A stretch of 64,000 bases of DNA, taken from IMG/VR virus record IMGVR_UViG_3300027917_004314, one strand, 5' to 3'. The position numbers and the translations under genes are program-made. The stretch's first letter is position 1; every line of letters begins with the position of its first letter. The notes under the pieces are model-generated. The model made no database searches. It worked only from the letters and a program-made list of their open reading frames with translations, and was not told where the DNA came from. Below are positions 20,472 to 30,054 of this stretch, piece after piece. This DNA comes from a virus. Its lineage: Duplodnaviria; Caudoviricetes.

Positions 20472-21844
20472 AAATATTGTTAATAGCATACGACAACGGC
20501 TCTCATCTTAATTTGTTTCCAATAGGAATTGGGTATATCGCTTCAGTTCTACTGAAAAAGGGTCATAAAGTAGTAATATATAATCAAGATATATACCATC
20601 ATTCTCCGAAACATTTGACAGATTTTCTTGATAATCATAATTTTGATGCTGTTGGTATGGGGGTTGTTGGTGGATATTATCAGTACAAAAAATTATTAGA
20701 AATTTCGAACGCCATTAATAATTCCAAAAAGCGTCCTCTATATATAATAGGGGGTTATGGACCAACACCAGAGCCAGAATTCTTTTTAAAAAAAACTCGG
20801 GCGGATATTGTTGTTATGGGTGAAGGCGAAGATACTATTGTTGAGCTATTTAGTGGCAAAAATTTGTATGATGTTAATGGAATCGCTTTTAGAGACCAAA
20901 ATGAGATAGTTATTAATGAGCGAAGAAAGCTGATCCGTGATTTAGACAGCATTCCTTTTCCAGCCTATGAACTTTTTCCGATGGAGATTTATAGGCTAAA
21001 GAGGGTCCCAAACACGACCCTCACAGACTTTGTTGTACCGATGGTTTCTGGTCGGGGTTGCAAGTTTAAGTGCAATTTTTGTTATAGAATGGATAAGGGA
21101 GCGCGTGAGAGAAGCAATGAACATATTGTAGAAGAAATGAAAATGCTTAAAACAGATTATTCTATAACAGTAGTAGATTTTTGTGATGATTTACTTATGT
21201 CATCTAAAAATAGAGCCATAGCGTTGAGCCAAGAAATAATAAGTGCGAACCTAAATATGCGGTGGCATTGTAATGGTAGGCTTAATTACGCCACCCCTGA
21301 TGTGATAAAAATCATGAAGGAGGCTGGCTGCGTGTATATAAACTACGGAATAGAGTGTTTTGATGACGGTGTTTTAAAAACCATGAATAAAGCTCTAACG
21401 ACAGAACAAATAGTAAAAGGTATTAAAGCCACTTTAGAACATGGAGTAAGTCCAGGGTTTAACATTATCTTTGGAAATATTGATGAAGATGAAAAAACGC
21501 TTAAAAAAAGTGTAGATTTTCTATTGGAATATGGCGATTGGGCAGAAATGAGAACTATAAGACCTGTAACTCCGTATCCTGGCTCTCCTTTATATTATTA
21601 TGCCCTAGAAAAGGGTTTGTTAAAGGATGCCGAAGATTTTTATGAGAATAAACATATTAATTCGGATCTACTGACAGTTAATTTTACCAAATTGTCGGAT
21701 GAAGACTTTTATAAATATTTATACGAAGCAAATAAAAAATTGATCAGGGCTTATTTGGATAAAAAAATGGAACTAATAAAAGGAGATATGGATAAGTTAT
21801 ACTGTGATTTAAATGTCAATTTTAGGGGATTTCGAGATGTATGA
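20468..21844 (+). CDS. Cobalamin-binding radical SAM protein (class B methyltransferase-like)
   Basis: N-terminal B12-binding domain (PIGIGYIAS, IIGGYGPT, VMGEGE); SGRGCKFKCNFC; GIE. Confidence 0.88.
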   Translation: MKILLIAYDNGSHLNLFPIGIGYIASVLLKKGHKVVIYNQDIYHHSPKHLTDFLDNHNFDAVGMGVVGGYYQYKKLLEISNAINNSKKRPLYIIGGYGPTPEPEFFLKKTRADIVVMGEGEDTIVELFSGKNLYDVNGIAFRDQNEIVINERRKLIRDLDSIPFPAYELFPMEIYRLKRVPNTTLTDFVVPMVSGRGCKFKCNFCYRMDKGARERSNEHIVEEMKMLKTDYSITVVDFCDDLLMSSKNRAIALSQEIISANLNMRWHCNGRLNYATPDVIKIMKEAGCVYINYGIECFDDGVLKTMNKALTTEQIVKGIKATLEHGVSPGFNIIFGNIDEDEKTLKKSVDFLLEYGDWAEMRTIRPVTPYPGSPLYYYALEKGLLKDAEDFYENKHINSDLLTVNFTKLSDEDFYKYLYEANKKLIRAYLDKKMELIKGDMDKLYCDLNVNFRGFRDV

Positions 21845-21887
21845 AAATGAAGAAGGTTGTTTCACAAAGTGTTAGGGAGGATTCAAA

Positions 21888-23336
21888 ATGGAATTACGTT
21901 ATAAAATGGGGCAAAAATACAAGCAGGGTCAAATTGTTGAAAAAGAATGTTTTAGTGGTAATAAAGCCTTGGCAGTATGGTGTTTATCAATGCGAAATAA
22001 ATATAATATTAAAACTGTAATTGAGACTGGAACAAACTTCGCCAAAACTACAGAGTTTTTTGCTAATGCTTTCGAGAAGGTATATACTATAGATATACAA
22101 GAAGAATTCACTAAAATGGCTAGAAAAAAGTTTTCTGGAAAAGAAAATGTAGAGTGTATATGTGGCAATTCTTCTAAGGTGTTAGCTTCTCTTTGTGGCA
22201 AAATACCAAAAGATGAAGTCGTTTTATTATTTCTAGATGCTCATGGTAATTATGAAAAAGATTTAATTGATGTGGGTGTTAAAAATCGGTCTAAAAAAAG
22301 TCTTGAATATTATCCAAAAAACGCCACACAGTTTAATCCCATATGTGTGGAACTTGACACTATTTCTCAACATTTGTGTGGGAGGTGTGTGCTTATTATA
22401 GATGACATACCAAGTCCATATTGTAATCCCAACGTGCAATTTGGACAGTTCAAAACAAGCCAATCAGGTTTTCGTAACATAGTGTCTAAGTGTTTTCAAA
22501 AAAAATATAAAATGAGAGATACTATGGTGCGTCTAGGAAATAAAAGAAAATCTTCTTTGATTATAGAGCCGGATAATATAAAAAGGGGTGTGTTTATTAC
22601 TGCAAGAGTGGACTCAAAGAGGTTGCCAAGAAAGCATCTCTTAAAAATCGACGGCAAACATTGCATAGAACATGTTATGGAAAGAGTTAAAAAATCAAAA
22701 CGAGCAGATAAGATAGTGTTATGTACTACCACATTAGATCAAGATAAGAGGCTCTGTGAAATTGCGAAAAAGTATAATATTAGTGTTTTTAGGGGAAGTG
22801 TTGTTGACAAGTTAGACAGGTGGAGGGGCGCCACTGAAAAATATGATATTGATTTTTTTGTAACTGCAGATGCTGATGATTTGTTCTGTGATCCTGAATT
22901 AATTGACCTAGCTTTTGATCAGTACGATAGGACTAAGGCAGATTTTATAGAATGGGACCAAGATAATTTTATATGTGGTGCTTTCACATATGGGATTTGT
23001 TCTGATGCTTTACGTTTTGTGTGCGAAAACAAACAAACAAACAACACTGAAATGATGTGGGTTTTCTTTGATAAAAATCATTTCAAAAAAGAAAAATTAC
23101 AAAATGTGCCGAAAATATTTATGCGGCCGGAGATACGAGCCACACTAGATTACGAAGAAGATTTTGAATTTTTTAAGAAAATATATTCTTACATGGAAAA
23201 TAAAGAATTTACTTTAAAAGACGTTGTCTCTTTAATAGACGACCACCCAGAAATTATAAAAATAAATAATGCTAGACACCACGATTGGAAAAAAAATCAA
23301 GAAAAAGAGTTAAAACATGTCAACGAAAATCAATAA
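21888..23336 (+). CDS. Methyltransferase-like domain fused to a SpsF/NeuA/KdsB-type cytidylyltransferase
   Basis: IETGT...FLDAH in the N-half; ITARVDSKRLPRK...ADADD...LDYEEDF in the C-half. Confidence 0.8.
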   Translation: MELRYKMGQKYKQGQIVEKECFSGNKALAVWCLSMRNKYNIKTVIETGTNFAKTTEFFANAFEKVYTIDIQEEFTKMARKKFSGKENVECICGNSSKVLASLCGKIPKDEVVLLFLDAHGNYEKDLIDVGVKNRSKKSLEYYPKNATQFNPICVELDTISQHLCGRCVLIIDDIPSPYCNPNVQFGQFKTSQSGFRNIVSKCFQKKYKMRDTMVRLGNKRKSSLIIEPDNIKRGVFITARVDSKRLPRKHLLKIDGKHCIEHVMERVKKSKRADKIVLCTTTLDQDKRLCEIAKKYNISVFRGSVVDKLDRWRGATEKYDIDFFVTADADDLFCDPELIDLAFDQYDRTKADFIEWDQDNFICGAFTYGICSDALRFVCENKQTNNTEMMWVFFDKNHFKKEKLQNVPKIFMRPEIRATLDYEEDFEFFKKIYSYMENKEFTLKDVVSLIDDHPEIIKINNARHHDWKKNQEKELKHVNENQ

Positions 23337-24504
23337 AAAATATGCGGGTAAAGAATTAGATTACCTGACTAAAGTATTAAATTCAGAAAGTTGGTCGTCT
23401 ACTGAAGGTTCTTGGACCAACACCCTAGAATCTAAATTTGCTGAAAAGTTTAATGCCAAATATGCGATTGCAATGAATAGTGGCACCTCGGTTTTACACG
23501 CTGCGTTGGTTGCTTGTGGTATTCGACCAGGCGATGAGGTTATTACACCAGCACTAACTGTTTTTATGGATACAAGTTCTATTATACACTGCAATGCTAT
23601 TCCTATTTATGCTGATGTACAAAAAGATACATTTAATATAGATCCAGCAGATGTGCGTAAAAAAATAACTCCAAAAACCAAGGCCATTATAGCCGTATCA
23701 TTATATGGACTAGAATGTGATATTCCTGCTTTGATGAAAATAGCTAATCAATATGACTTATATTTGATAGTAGACAACGCTCAACATATGGGAAAACACA
23801 AGGGTCATATCACCACATATTCATTTGAAAACAGCAAACATATTTCCTGCGGGGAAGGTGGTATTGTTATTACAAACAGCCAAGCTATGGCTTCGTGTAT
23901 GAGAAAACTAAGTAATCATGGTTTTAAAAATAGTACTGCCAAAGAAGGTAGAATTAAATTAAATTTAGATGAGTTTCAAAGTCCACACTATAAAAGACAC
24001 AGCATGATAGGATGGAATTATAGACTTTCAGAATTCTGTGCTGCTGTGGCTTTGGCACAACTAGAAAGAGTTGACGAATTAGTAGCTCGTAGAAGAAACG
24101 TGGCTAAAGCGTATATGGATGTAATAAATGAGGAACACTCAAGTTTAATACCACAGTTCCACAATTTAGATCATACGTATTGGACTTTTGCGGTTAGAAT
24201 GTATAACTGGAAAGCCTTTCGTAAACTATATGTTTCCAACGGAGGTGATGGTTTTTATGGTGCTTGGTCTGTTCCGTATTTAGAACCAGCGATGCAGAAT
24301 AGAATGTTTGTCAGGATTAATCCCAAAATATATAAAGATGTCAAATACGAGGGCAAAATTTGCCCTGTAGCGGAAAGTATTCAACCAACAATAGCGCAGT
24401 TTAAAACAAACTATAGAGTCGAATCGGAGATTAACGCTCAAATTGGAGCTTTCAGAAAAACCATAAGGAACTTGAAAGCGCCCCTAGGAGGTTTTTATAA
24501 ATGA
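23317..24504 (+). CDS. DegT/DnrJ/EryC1/StrS sugar aminotransferase
   Basis: MNSGTSVLH, DNAQ, SFENSKHISCGEGG (catalytic Lys present), GWNYR. Confidence 0.9.
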   Translation: MSTKINKKYAGKELDYLTKVLNSESWSSTEGSWTNTLESKFAEKFNAKYAIAMNSGTSVLHAALVACGIRPGDEVITPALTVFMDTSSIIHCNAIPIYADVQKDTFNIDPADVRKKITPKTKAIIAVSLYGLECDIPALMKIANQYDLYLIVDNAQHMGKHKGHITTYSFENSKHISCGEGGIVITNSQAMASCMRKLSNHGFKNSTAKEGRIKLNLDEFQSPHYKRHSMIGWNYRLSEFCAAVALAQLERVDELVARRRNVAKAYMDVINEEHSSLIPQFHNLDHTYWTFAVRMYNWKAFRKLYVSNGGDGFYGAWSVPYLEPAMQNRMFVRINPKIYKDVKYEGKICPVAESIQPTIAQFKTNYRVESEINAQIGAFRKTIRNLKAPLGGFYK

Positions 24505-25340
24505 AATTGGAAAATTTTCCTTATTTTATAGGAGAAATTGGCATTAATCATAATGGAGATTTACAGATTGCCAAGCAGCTGATAGATGCCATCTCTGCGT
24601 GTGGTTGGCACTGTGCCAAATTTCAAAAAAGAAATCCAGACGTGTGTGTCCCTGAAGAGCAAAAAATAAAAAAGCGAGCCACGCCGTGGGGAGAGATTAC
24701 TTATTTAGAGTATAAACACAAAGTGGAATTTCGGAAAAAAGAATATGAATATATAGATATGTACTGCAGAGAAAAGCCGCTTGATTGGTCTGCTTCTGTT
24801 TGGGATTTAGACAGCCTTAATTTTATTATAGATTTTGACGTGCCCTTTATTAAAATTGGTTCAGCGATGTTAACCAATAATGATTTAATTATAGAGGCTG
24901 CAAAAACTAAAAAACAGCTTATAGTTTCAACTGGAATGTCGACTTTAGAGGAGATAGATAACTCATTTAATTTAATTCTTAAACACGGGCTTATACCAAT
25001 TTTGATGCATACAAATGCTAGTTATCCGACTCCACCTGAGGAGCTAAATCTTAAAATAATTCCTATGCTTATAGAGAGGTATAAGTGTGTTGTGGGGTAT
25101 TCTGGGCATGAAAAAGATCTAGAACCTACTGTGATTGCTGCTGCTCTTGGTGCAAAAGTAATTGAAAGACACATTACCCTTGATCACAACATGTGGGGTA
25201 CAGACCAAAAAGCAAGTCTAGAAATAATGGGCATGGATATACTTAAAAAAAGAATAGATGCTATAGATACAATTTTGGGGTCCGATGAAAAATATATAAC
25301 TCCCAGTGAAATATCTATAAGAAAAAAACTCCGAGGTTAA
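24501..25340 (+). CDS. neuB: NeuB-family nonulosonic acid synthase (short form, no C-terminal SAF domain)
   Basis: EIGINHNGD, AKFQK, IKIGS, STGM, GYSGHE, IERHIT. Confidence 0.88.
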   Translation: MKLENFPYFIGEIGINHNGDLQIAKQLIDAISACGWHCAKFQKRNPDVCVPEEQKIKKRATPWGEITYLEYKHKVEFRKKEYEYIDMYCREKPLDWSASVWDLDSLNFIIDFDVPFIKIGSAMLTNNDLIIEAAKTKKQLIVSTGMSTLEEIDNSFNLILKHGLIPILMHTNASYPTPPEELNLKIIPMLIERYKCVVGYSGHEKDLEPTVIAAALGAKVIERHITLDHNMWGTDQKASLEIMGMDILKKRIDAIDTILGSDEKYITPSEISIRKKLRG

Positions 25341-25343
25341 AAA

Positions 25344-26018
25344 ATGAAGATCATTATAACAGGCTCCGAAGGAATAATCGGACAGAAGCTAGTTCCATTA
25401 CTTACAGGTAATGGTCATAAAATTGTTAAGTGCGATAGGGATTTGGGGCATGATCTTTCCGATAAAAAATGCGTGGAGAGTTTTTTTGAAACACACCGTG
25501 CCGATGCCCTGATAAATCTATTCGCTCTGGATGATAAATTAACAAATAACACAAAATCTGACACGGTCTGGGACTTTTCTTTAGATTTATTCATGGAATA
25601 TATGGAAACAAATGTAGTATCGCTTTTTTCTGTGTGCCGAGAATTTGCCAAACATAATGATTCTGGGAGTATAATAAATTTTTCGTCGATTTATGGAGTA
25701 GTTTCTCCTGATTATTCGTTATATGAGTTAAACAAACATAAACATATTGGCTATTGTGTGTCTAAAGCAGCAGTTCTTCAAATGTCAAGATATTTAGCAG
25801 TTCATTTAGTGCCGTGTAGAGTAAACAGTATCGTTTGTGGGGCAATTGAAAACAAGCAAGAGTTAAAATTTGTTGAACGTTTTTCCAAGCGAGTTCCAAT
25901 TGGCAGAATGATGAGTGCCGATGAATTGGTTGGTTTGGTAGAATATCTCTGTTCTAATAAGTCATCTTATTGTACTGGCGGAGAATTTACTATTGATGGT
26001 GGATATACCATATGGTGA
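25344..26018 (+). CDS. Classical SDR oxidoreductase (PtmA-like)
   Basis: ITGSEGIIG, NFSSIYG, YCVSK (YxxxK), DGGYT. Confidence 0.85.
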   Translation: MKIIITGSEGIIGQKLVPLLTGNGHKIVKCDRDLGHDLSDKKCVESFFETHRADALINLFALDDKLTNNTKSDTVWDFSLDLFMEYMETNVVSLFSVCREFAKHNDSGSIINFSSIYGVVSPDYSLYELNKHKHIGYCVSKAAVLQMSRYLAVHLVPCRVNSIVCGAIENKQELKFVERFSKRVPIGRMMSADELVGLVEYLCSNKSSYCTGGEFTIDGGYTIW

Positions 26019-26022
26019 AAAA

Positions 26023-26901
26023 ATGATGAAAGTTTCCGTAGTTATTTCAGTTTGTGATAATCGAACCAATTTTTTTGAGAGATCTCTACATACGTGGTCT
26101 AATCAAACTCTACCAAAAAATGAATTCGAGTTAATTATTGTAGATGATGCCTCACGTGATGATATCAAGGATCTATGTTTTAAATTTCATGAAGAAACCG
26201 GCATGCAATTTCAATATATTAAAATAGATAGCTCTAAGTGTGACGTACCAATAACGACCTTTTTACCCATACTTACTAATAATGTGGGAATTAGAAAATC
26301 TAAAGGTGATGTTATCGTGATAACTGGACCGGAGACTTTACAGGGAAAAGGAAACTTGCTAATAGCCTCTAGCATGATTGATAGGCGAGAATGCGCATAT
26401 GGTCTGTGTTATAAATCTAACACTGAGTTTGTTGGAGAGTTGGATAAGAACTGGGATAAATATAAAGATTTACATATGTCTGGCTTACTCAGAATGAAGG
26501 GGGCTGCTGTTTCTTGTTTGACGCGTCCTCCGCATCCACCAGCATATTGGTATATAATGGCAGTAGCAAAGAAACATATAGAGCGGATTGGAGGAGTAGA
26601 TGAGGCTTTTGGCACTGGTTATTGTGCTGAAGATGATGATTTTGCAAATAGAATGCGTATGTCGGGCATAATACCCGTTTTTGAACATAAAATTATAGGT
26701 ATACATCAAGATCATTCAGCCCAAGATGCTAAAGATAAAGTACACTCAGTAAGAAACGAGGAAAGGGGAAGACGCCTTAGACAAAAAAATATAGCGCTCA
26801 TGAGAAAAAACTTACGTGAGGGAAAAATGATCGCTAATCAAGATCATGTTTGGGGAGATGAAAAAGTCATAACTTTTTCTGAAATGTGGTGTCAAAAATG
26901 A
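26023..26901 (+). CDS. GT2 glycosyltransferase, paralog of the C-domain of 5405-6934
   Basis: SVVISV, IIVDD, ITGPETLQ, AEDDDFANRMR, IIGIHQDHS. Confidence 0.8.
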   Translation: MMKVSVVISVCDNRTNFFERSLHTWSNQTLPKNEFELIIVDDASRDDIKDLCFKFHEETGMQFQYIKIDSSKCDVPITTFLPILTNNVGIRKSKGDVIVITGPETLQGKGNLLIASSMIDRRECAYGLCYKSNTEFVGELDKNWDKYKDLHMSGLLRMKGAAVSCLTRPPHPPAYWYIMAVAKKHIERIGGVDEAFGTGYCAEDDDFANRMRMSGIIPVFEHKIIGIHQDHSAQDAKDKVHSVRNEERGRRLRQKNIALMRKNLREGKMIANQDHVWGDEKVITFSEMWCQK

Positions 26902-27467
26902 AATTACATCTAGGGTGCGGCGCGATACTTTTAAAAGGATATATTAACGTGGATATCGATCCTAAATATTTGACAAAAGACGCACCTTTTGAAATCTTAG
27001 AACAAAACATCACTACTATTGAGAAATATTATAAACACGAATTTTGTAAAGGATCTGGCGTTTGTGTCGCCGACGTTAAAGCAGCCATCGATGATCTTCC
27101 GTTTGATGCTGAATCCTGTGACGAAGTGGTTCTTATACATGTTCTGGAACATGTCCCTAGTTATAATGTAACTAAGGTTTTAAACGAAATTAATAGAGTA
27201 CTTAAAAATAAAGGAACATTCCATTTAGGTGTGCCCGACTTAAAAGAAACTGCACGAGGCTTAATTAAAGCGAAATCTCCTGAAGAAGAAGATTGGTATA
27301 TGAGATTGATATATGGTACACAAAGAAGCGAATGGTCACATCATTATTGTGGGTACACAGAAAGAACTATTAAAAACTTGGTCTTTGATCATGGGTTTGC
27401 TGGATATGAGAAATTACCCAATATTAACTTTTATCCTGCTATACATTTTAAAACTTTTAAGGAATAA
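26898..27467 (+). CDS. SAM-dependent methyltransferase (KLHLGCG type)
   Basis: KLHLGCG...GYINVD, HVLEHV, RVLK...VPD. Confidence 0.85.
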   Translation: MKLHLGCGAILLKGYINVDIDPKYLTKDAPFEILEQNITTIEKYYKHEFCKGSGVCVADVKAAIDDLPFDAESCDEVVLIHVLEHVPSYNVTKVLNEINRVLKNKGTFHLGVPDLKETARGLIKAKSPEEEDWYMRLIYGTQRSEWSHHYCGYTERTIKNLVFDHGFAGYEKLPNINFYPAIHFKTFKE

Positions 27468-27504
27468 GGCAACATTCAGTGGGGTCCACAAGAAAATAAA
27501 CATT

Positions 27505-27579
27505 ATGAAAAATAAGTTATCTGATGAAGAGTTTATAAAATTATGTTGTTTGGTATCAAAATATTCGGAGAAAAGATAA
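27505..27579 (+). CDS. Possible 24-aa micro-ORF (MKNKLSDEEFIKLCCLVSKYSEKR)
   Basis: Fills the gap and its TAA overlaps the next ATG (TAATG); no other support. Confidence 0.25.
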   Translation: MKNKLSDEEFIKLCCLVSKYSEKR

Positions 27580-28520
27580 TGAAAATATTAGTAACTGGTG
27601 GTACTGGATTTCTTGGAAAATATGTTGTAACGGAAATCGAAAAAAGAAAATATAAAATAAAAGCAATTGGTAGTAATCATGACCTTACTCAGTTTGGTGT
27701 GGCTACAAAAATTGTTGACAGTTACCGCCCAAATGTGATAGTGCATTTGGCAGCTGCGTGTGGCGGAATCAAGGCAAACATAAATTGTCCTGGAAACTTT
27801 TTTAGAGATAATATATTAATGGGGATTAATATAATAGACGCTGCACGTTTATTAAAAGTAGAAAAAATTATATATGTTGGTACAACATGTAGTTATCCTA
27901 AAAATACTCCTGTTCCATTTCGTGAAGAAAACATATGGAGTAATTTCCCAGAAAAAACGAATGCTCCATATGGCATTGCCAAAAGGGCTTTGCTCGTTAT
28001 GTTACAAGCATATCGAAAACAATATGGATTAAATGGTATCTATCTCATACCGTCCAATCTATATGGACCTGGAGACCATTTTGATTTAGAAAATTCTCAT
28101 GTTATTCCCGCACTTATAAGAAAGTTTTATGAGGCAAAAATAAATGGGGAAAAGGCTGTGGAGATTTGGGGTACTGGTAATGCTTGTAGAGAATTTCTAT
28201 ACGCAAAAGATGCTGCCACAGGCATCGTAGATGCGATGGAAAAATATAATGGGAATGATCCTGTTAACTTAGGAACCGGCTGCGAAATTTCAATTCGCGA
28301 TTTGGTTACACTTATTAAGAAAAAAGTCGACTTTAATGGCGATATTGAATGGAATACTAAGATGCCAGATGGTCAACCCAGACGTTGCTTGGATGTATCC
28401 AAAGCTGCAGAATTTTTTGGTTTTCGTGCCTCGACCTCTCTTAGTGATGGGCTAGATGAAACAATTCAGTGGTATATTGATAATAGGGAAAATATTTTAA
28501 AAGGAGAAACAGAAGCGTGA
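27579..28520 (+). CDS. fcl: GDP-L-fucose synthase/ColC-type epimerase-reductase
   Basis: VTGGTGFLG, HLAAACGGI, GTTCSYP, YGIAK, SHVIPALIRKF, WGTG..CREFLY, DGQPRR. Confidence 0.92.
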   Translation: MKILVTGGTGFLGKYVVTEIEKRKYKIKAIGSNHDLTQFGVATKIVDSYRPNVIVHLAAACGGIKANINCPGNFFRDNILMGINIIDAARLLKVEKIIYVGTTCSYPKNTPVPFREENIWSNFPEKTNAPYGIAKRALLVMLQAYRKQYGLNGIYLIPSNLYGPGDHFDLENSHVIPALIRKFYEAKINGEKAVEIWGTGNACREFLYAKDAATGIVDAMEKYNGNDPVNLGTGCEISIRDLVTLIKKKVDFNGDIEWNTKMPDGQPRRCLDVSKAAEFFGFRASTSLSDGLDETIQWYIDNRENILKGETEA

Positions 28521-29530
28521 AAAAGAAAACTGCATTAATAACTGGCGTTGCTGGACAGGCTGGAAGTTATATGGCTGAGTTTCTTTTGGAAAAAGATTAT
28601 GAGGTTGTTGGTGTAATTAGACGAAACGCAACGAGAAATTTAGGCACTGTAGCCCATTTAGAGAGCGAAATAGATATAGTAGAGGGCGATGTAACAGATA
28701 TGTCTTCTATGTTGAAGATAATACAGGATGTCCGCCCAAAAGAATTATACAATCTTGCTGCTCAATCTCATGTCCATACAAGTTTTGAACAACCCGTGGC
28801 GGCAATAAATATTAATACGCTTGGGGTAATTAATATATTAGAAACAGTTAAGGTATTAGGGTATTCTACCAGAATATATCAGGCTAGCACTTCTGAATTG
28901 TGGGGGTCTTCGCCCCCGCCCCAAAATGAAGAAACAATAATGCAACCACAATCGCCTTATGCCATAGCTAAACTGGCGGCTCATTGGTTAGTTAAACTTT
29001 ATAGAAAAGCATATAAAATGTATTGTTGCTGTGGCATAACTCACAACTTTGAAAGTCCCAGAAGAGGGCCGCTTTTTGTTACAAGAAAAATTTCGATGGG
29101 CGTCGCAAAATGTCTACAAAATTCCAAATACAAACTAAAACTGGGCAATTTAAATGCTCAAAGGGATTGGGGATATTGTCCAGATTATGTGAAGGGCTGG
29201 TGGCAAATGCTTCAACAAGAAACGCCCGATGATTTTGTTTTTGCCACAAACGAAATGCATTCCGTAAAAGAGTTTTGTGAAATAGCGTTTTCACACGTAG
29301 GTTTGAACTGGGAAGATTATGTAGAAGTAGATAGATTTCTTCGGAGACCAGCAGAAGTAGAGGCTTTGTGTGGCGACTATTCTAAAGCTAAAGAAATTTT
29401 AGGTTGGGAACCTAAAATAAAATTTGAGGAACTGGTTAAAATTATGGTTGAACATGATTGTAAACTTTTAGGAGTATATCCAGATGCGAGTGATAAACAC
29501 GACTGCGAAACTGAACCTATGTTTGAATAA
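28517..29530 (+). CDS. gmd: GDP-mannose 4,6-dehydratase
   Basis: TGVAGQAGSY, LAAQSHV..SF, QASTSE, SPYAIAK, ESPRRG..FVTRKI, GNLNAQRDWG. Confidence 0.95.
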   Translation: MKKKTALITGVAGQAGSYMAEFLLEKDYEVVGVIRRNATRNLGTVAHLESEIDIVEGDVTDMSSMLKIIQDVRPKELYNLAAQSHVHTSFEQPVAAININTLGVINILETVKVLGYSTRIYQASTSELWGSSPPPQNEETIMQPQSPYAIAKLAAHWLVKLYRKAYKMYCCCGITHNFESPRRGPLFVTRKISMGVAKCLQNSKYKLKLGNLNAQRDWGYCPDYVKGWWQMLQQETPDDFVFATNEMHSVKEFCEIAFSHVGLNWEDYVEVDRFLRRPAEVEALCGDYSKAKEILGWEPKIKFEELVKIMVEHDCKLLGVYPDASDKHDCETEPMFE

Positions 29531-29786
29531 AAAATTAAAATTCCACCCAGATTATATAAAGTGGTTAAGTACCTGGGACTCAAATATTACTAGAAGTCCA
29601 ACATTTATAATTCATGATTTTTGCTTTTCAGATAAGCATAAAGCATTTTGGCTCAGGTTGTATTGCCAAGGACGTACGAAAGATTTGGAATATTGGATTA
29701 CGCCGGACAATAAAATGTATATATTGCCGGGAGTAACTACATTTTTAAGAAATTATGATGGTAAAGTATTTATAAATACAGAGTAA
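29484..29786 (+). CDS. Hypothetical protein
   Basis: Fills the gap; true start may be TTG 29523. Confidence 0.5.
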   Translation: MRVINTTAKLNLCLNKKLKFHPDYIKWLSTWDSNITRSPTFIIHDFCFSDKHKAFWLRLYCQGRTKDLEYWITPDNKMYILPGVTTFLRNYDGKVFINTE

Positions 29787-29790
29787 AGGA

Positions 29791-30054
29791 ATGAAAATTC
29801 TAAATACTGATAAATTTAAAGTAGAGATTGGGGATAAAATAGAATTAAATCACAACTATAAAAAAATTTTAAAGAATTATAAAGATACTTTTTATATTGT
29901 AAAAAATATAACATATGTTAAAGAAGAGTTGTGGTTGGAAGTTTTAGATTCCAGTGGAAAACCATGGTTTATTGATATAACACCAAACAACAGACTTTTG
30001 CCGAAAGAAAAGTTCATGAACTATAAGGGTAGAGTAATAAGGAAAATAAGGTGA
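29791..30054 (+). CDS. Small hypothetical protein (SH3-like, KVEIGDKI)
   Basis: AGGA RBS; similar N-terminus to the next ORF. Confidence 0.6.
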   Translation: MKILNTDKFKVEIGDKIELNHNYKKILKNYKDTFYIVKNITYVKEELWLEVLDSSGKPWFIDITPNNRLLPKEKFMNYKGRVIRKIR

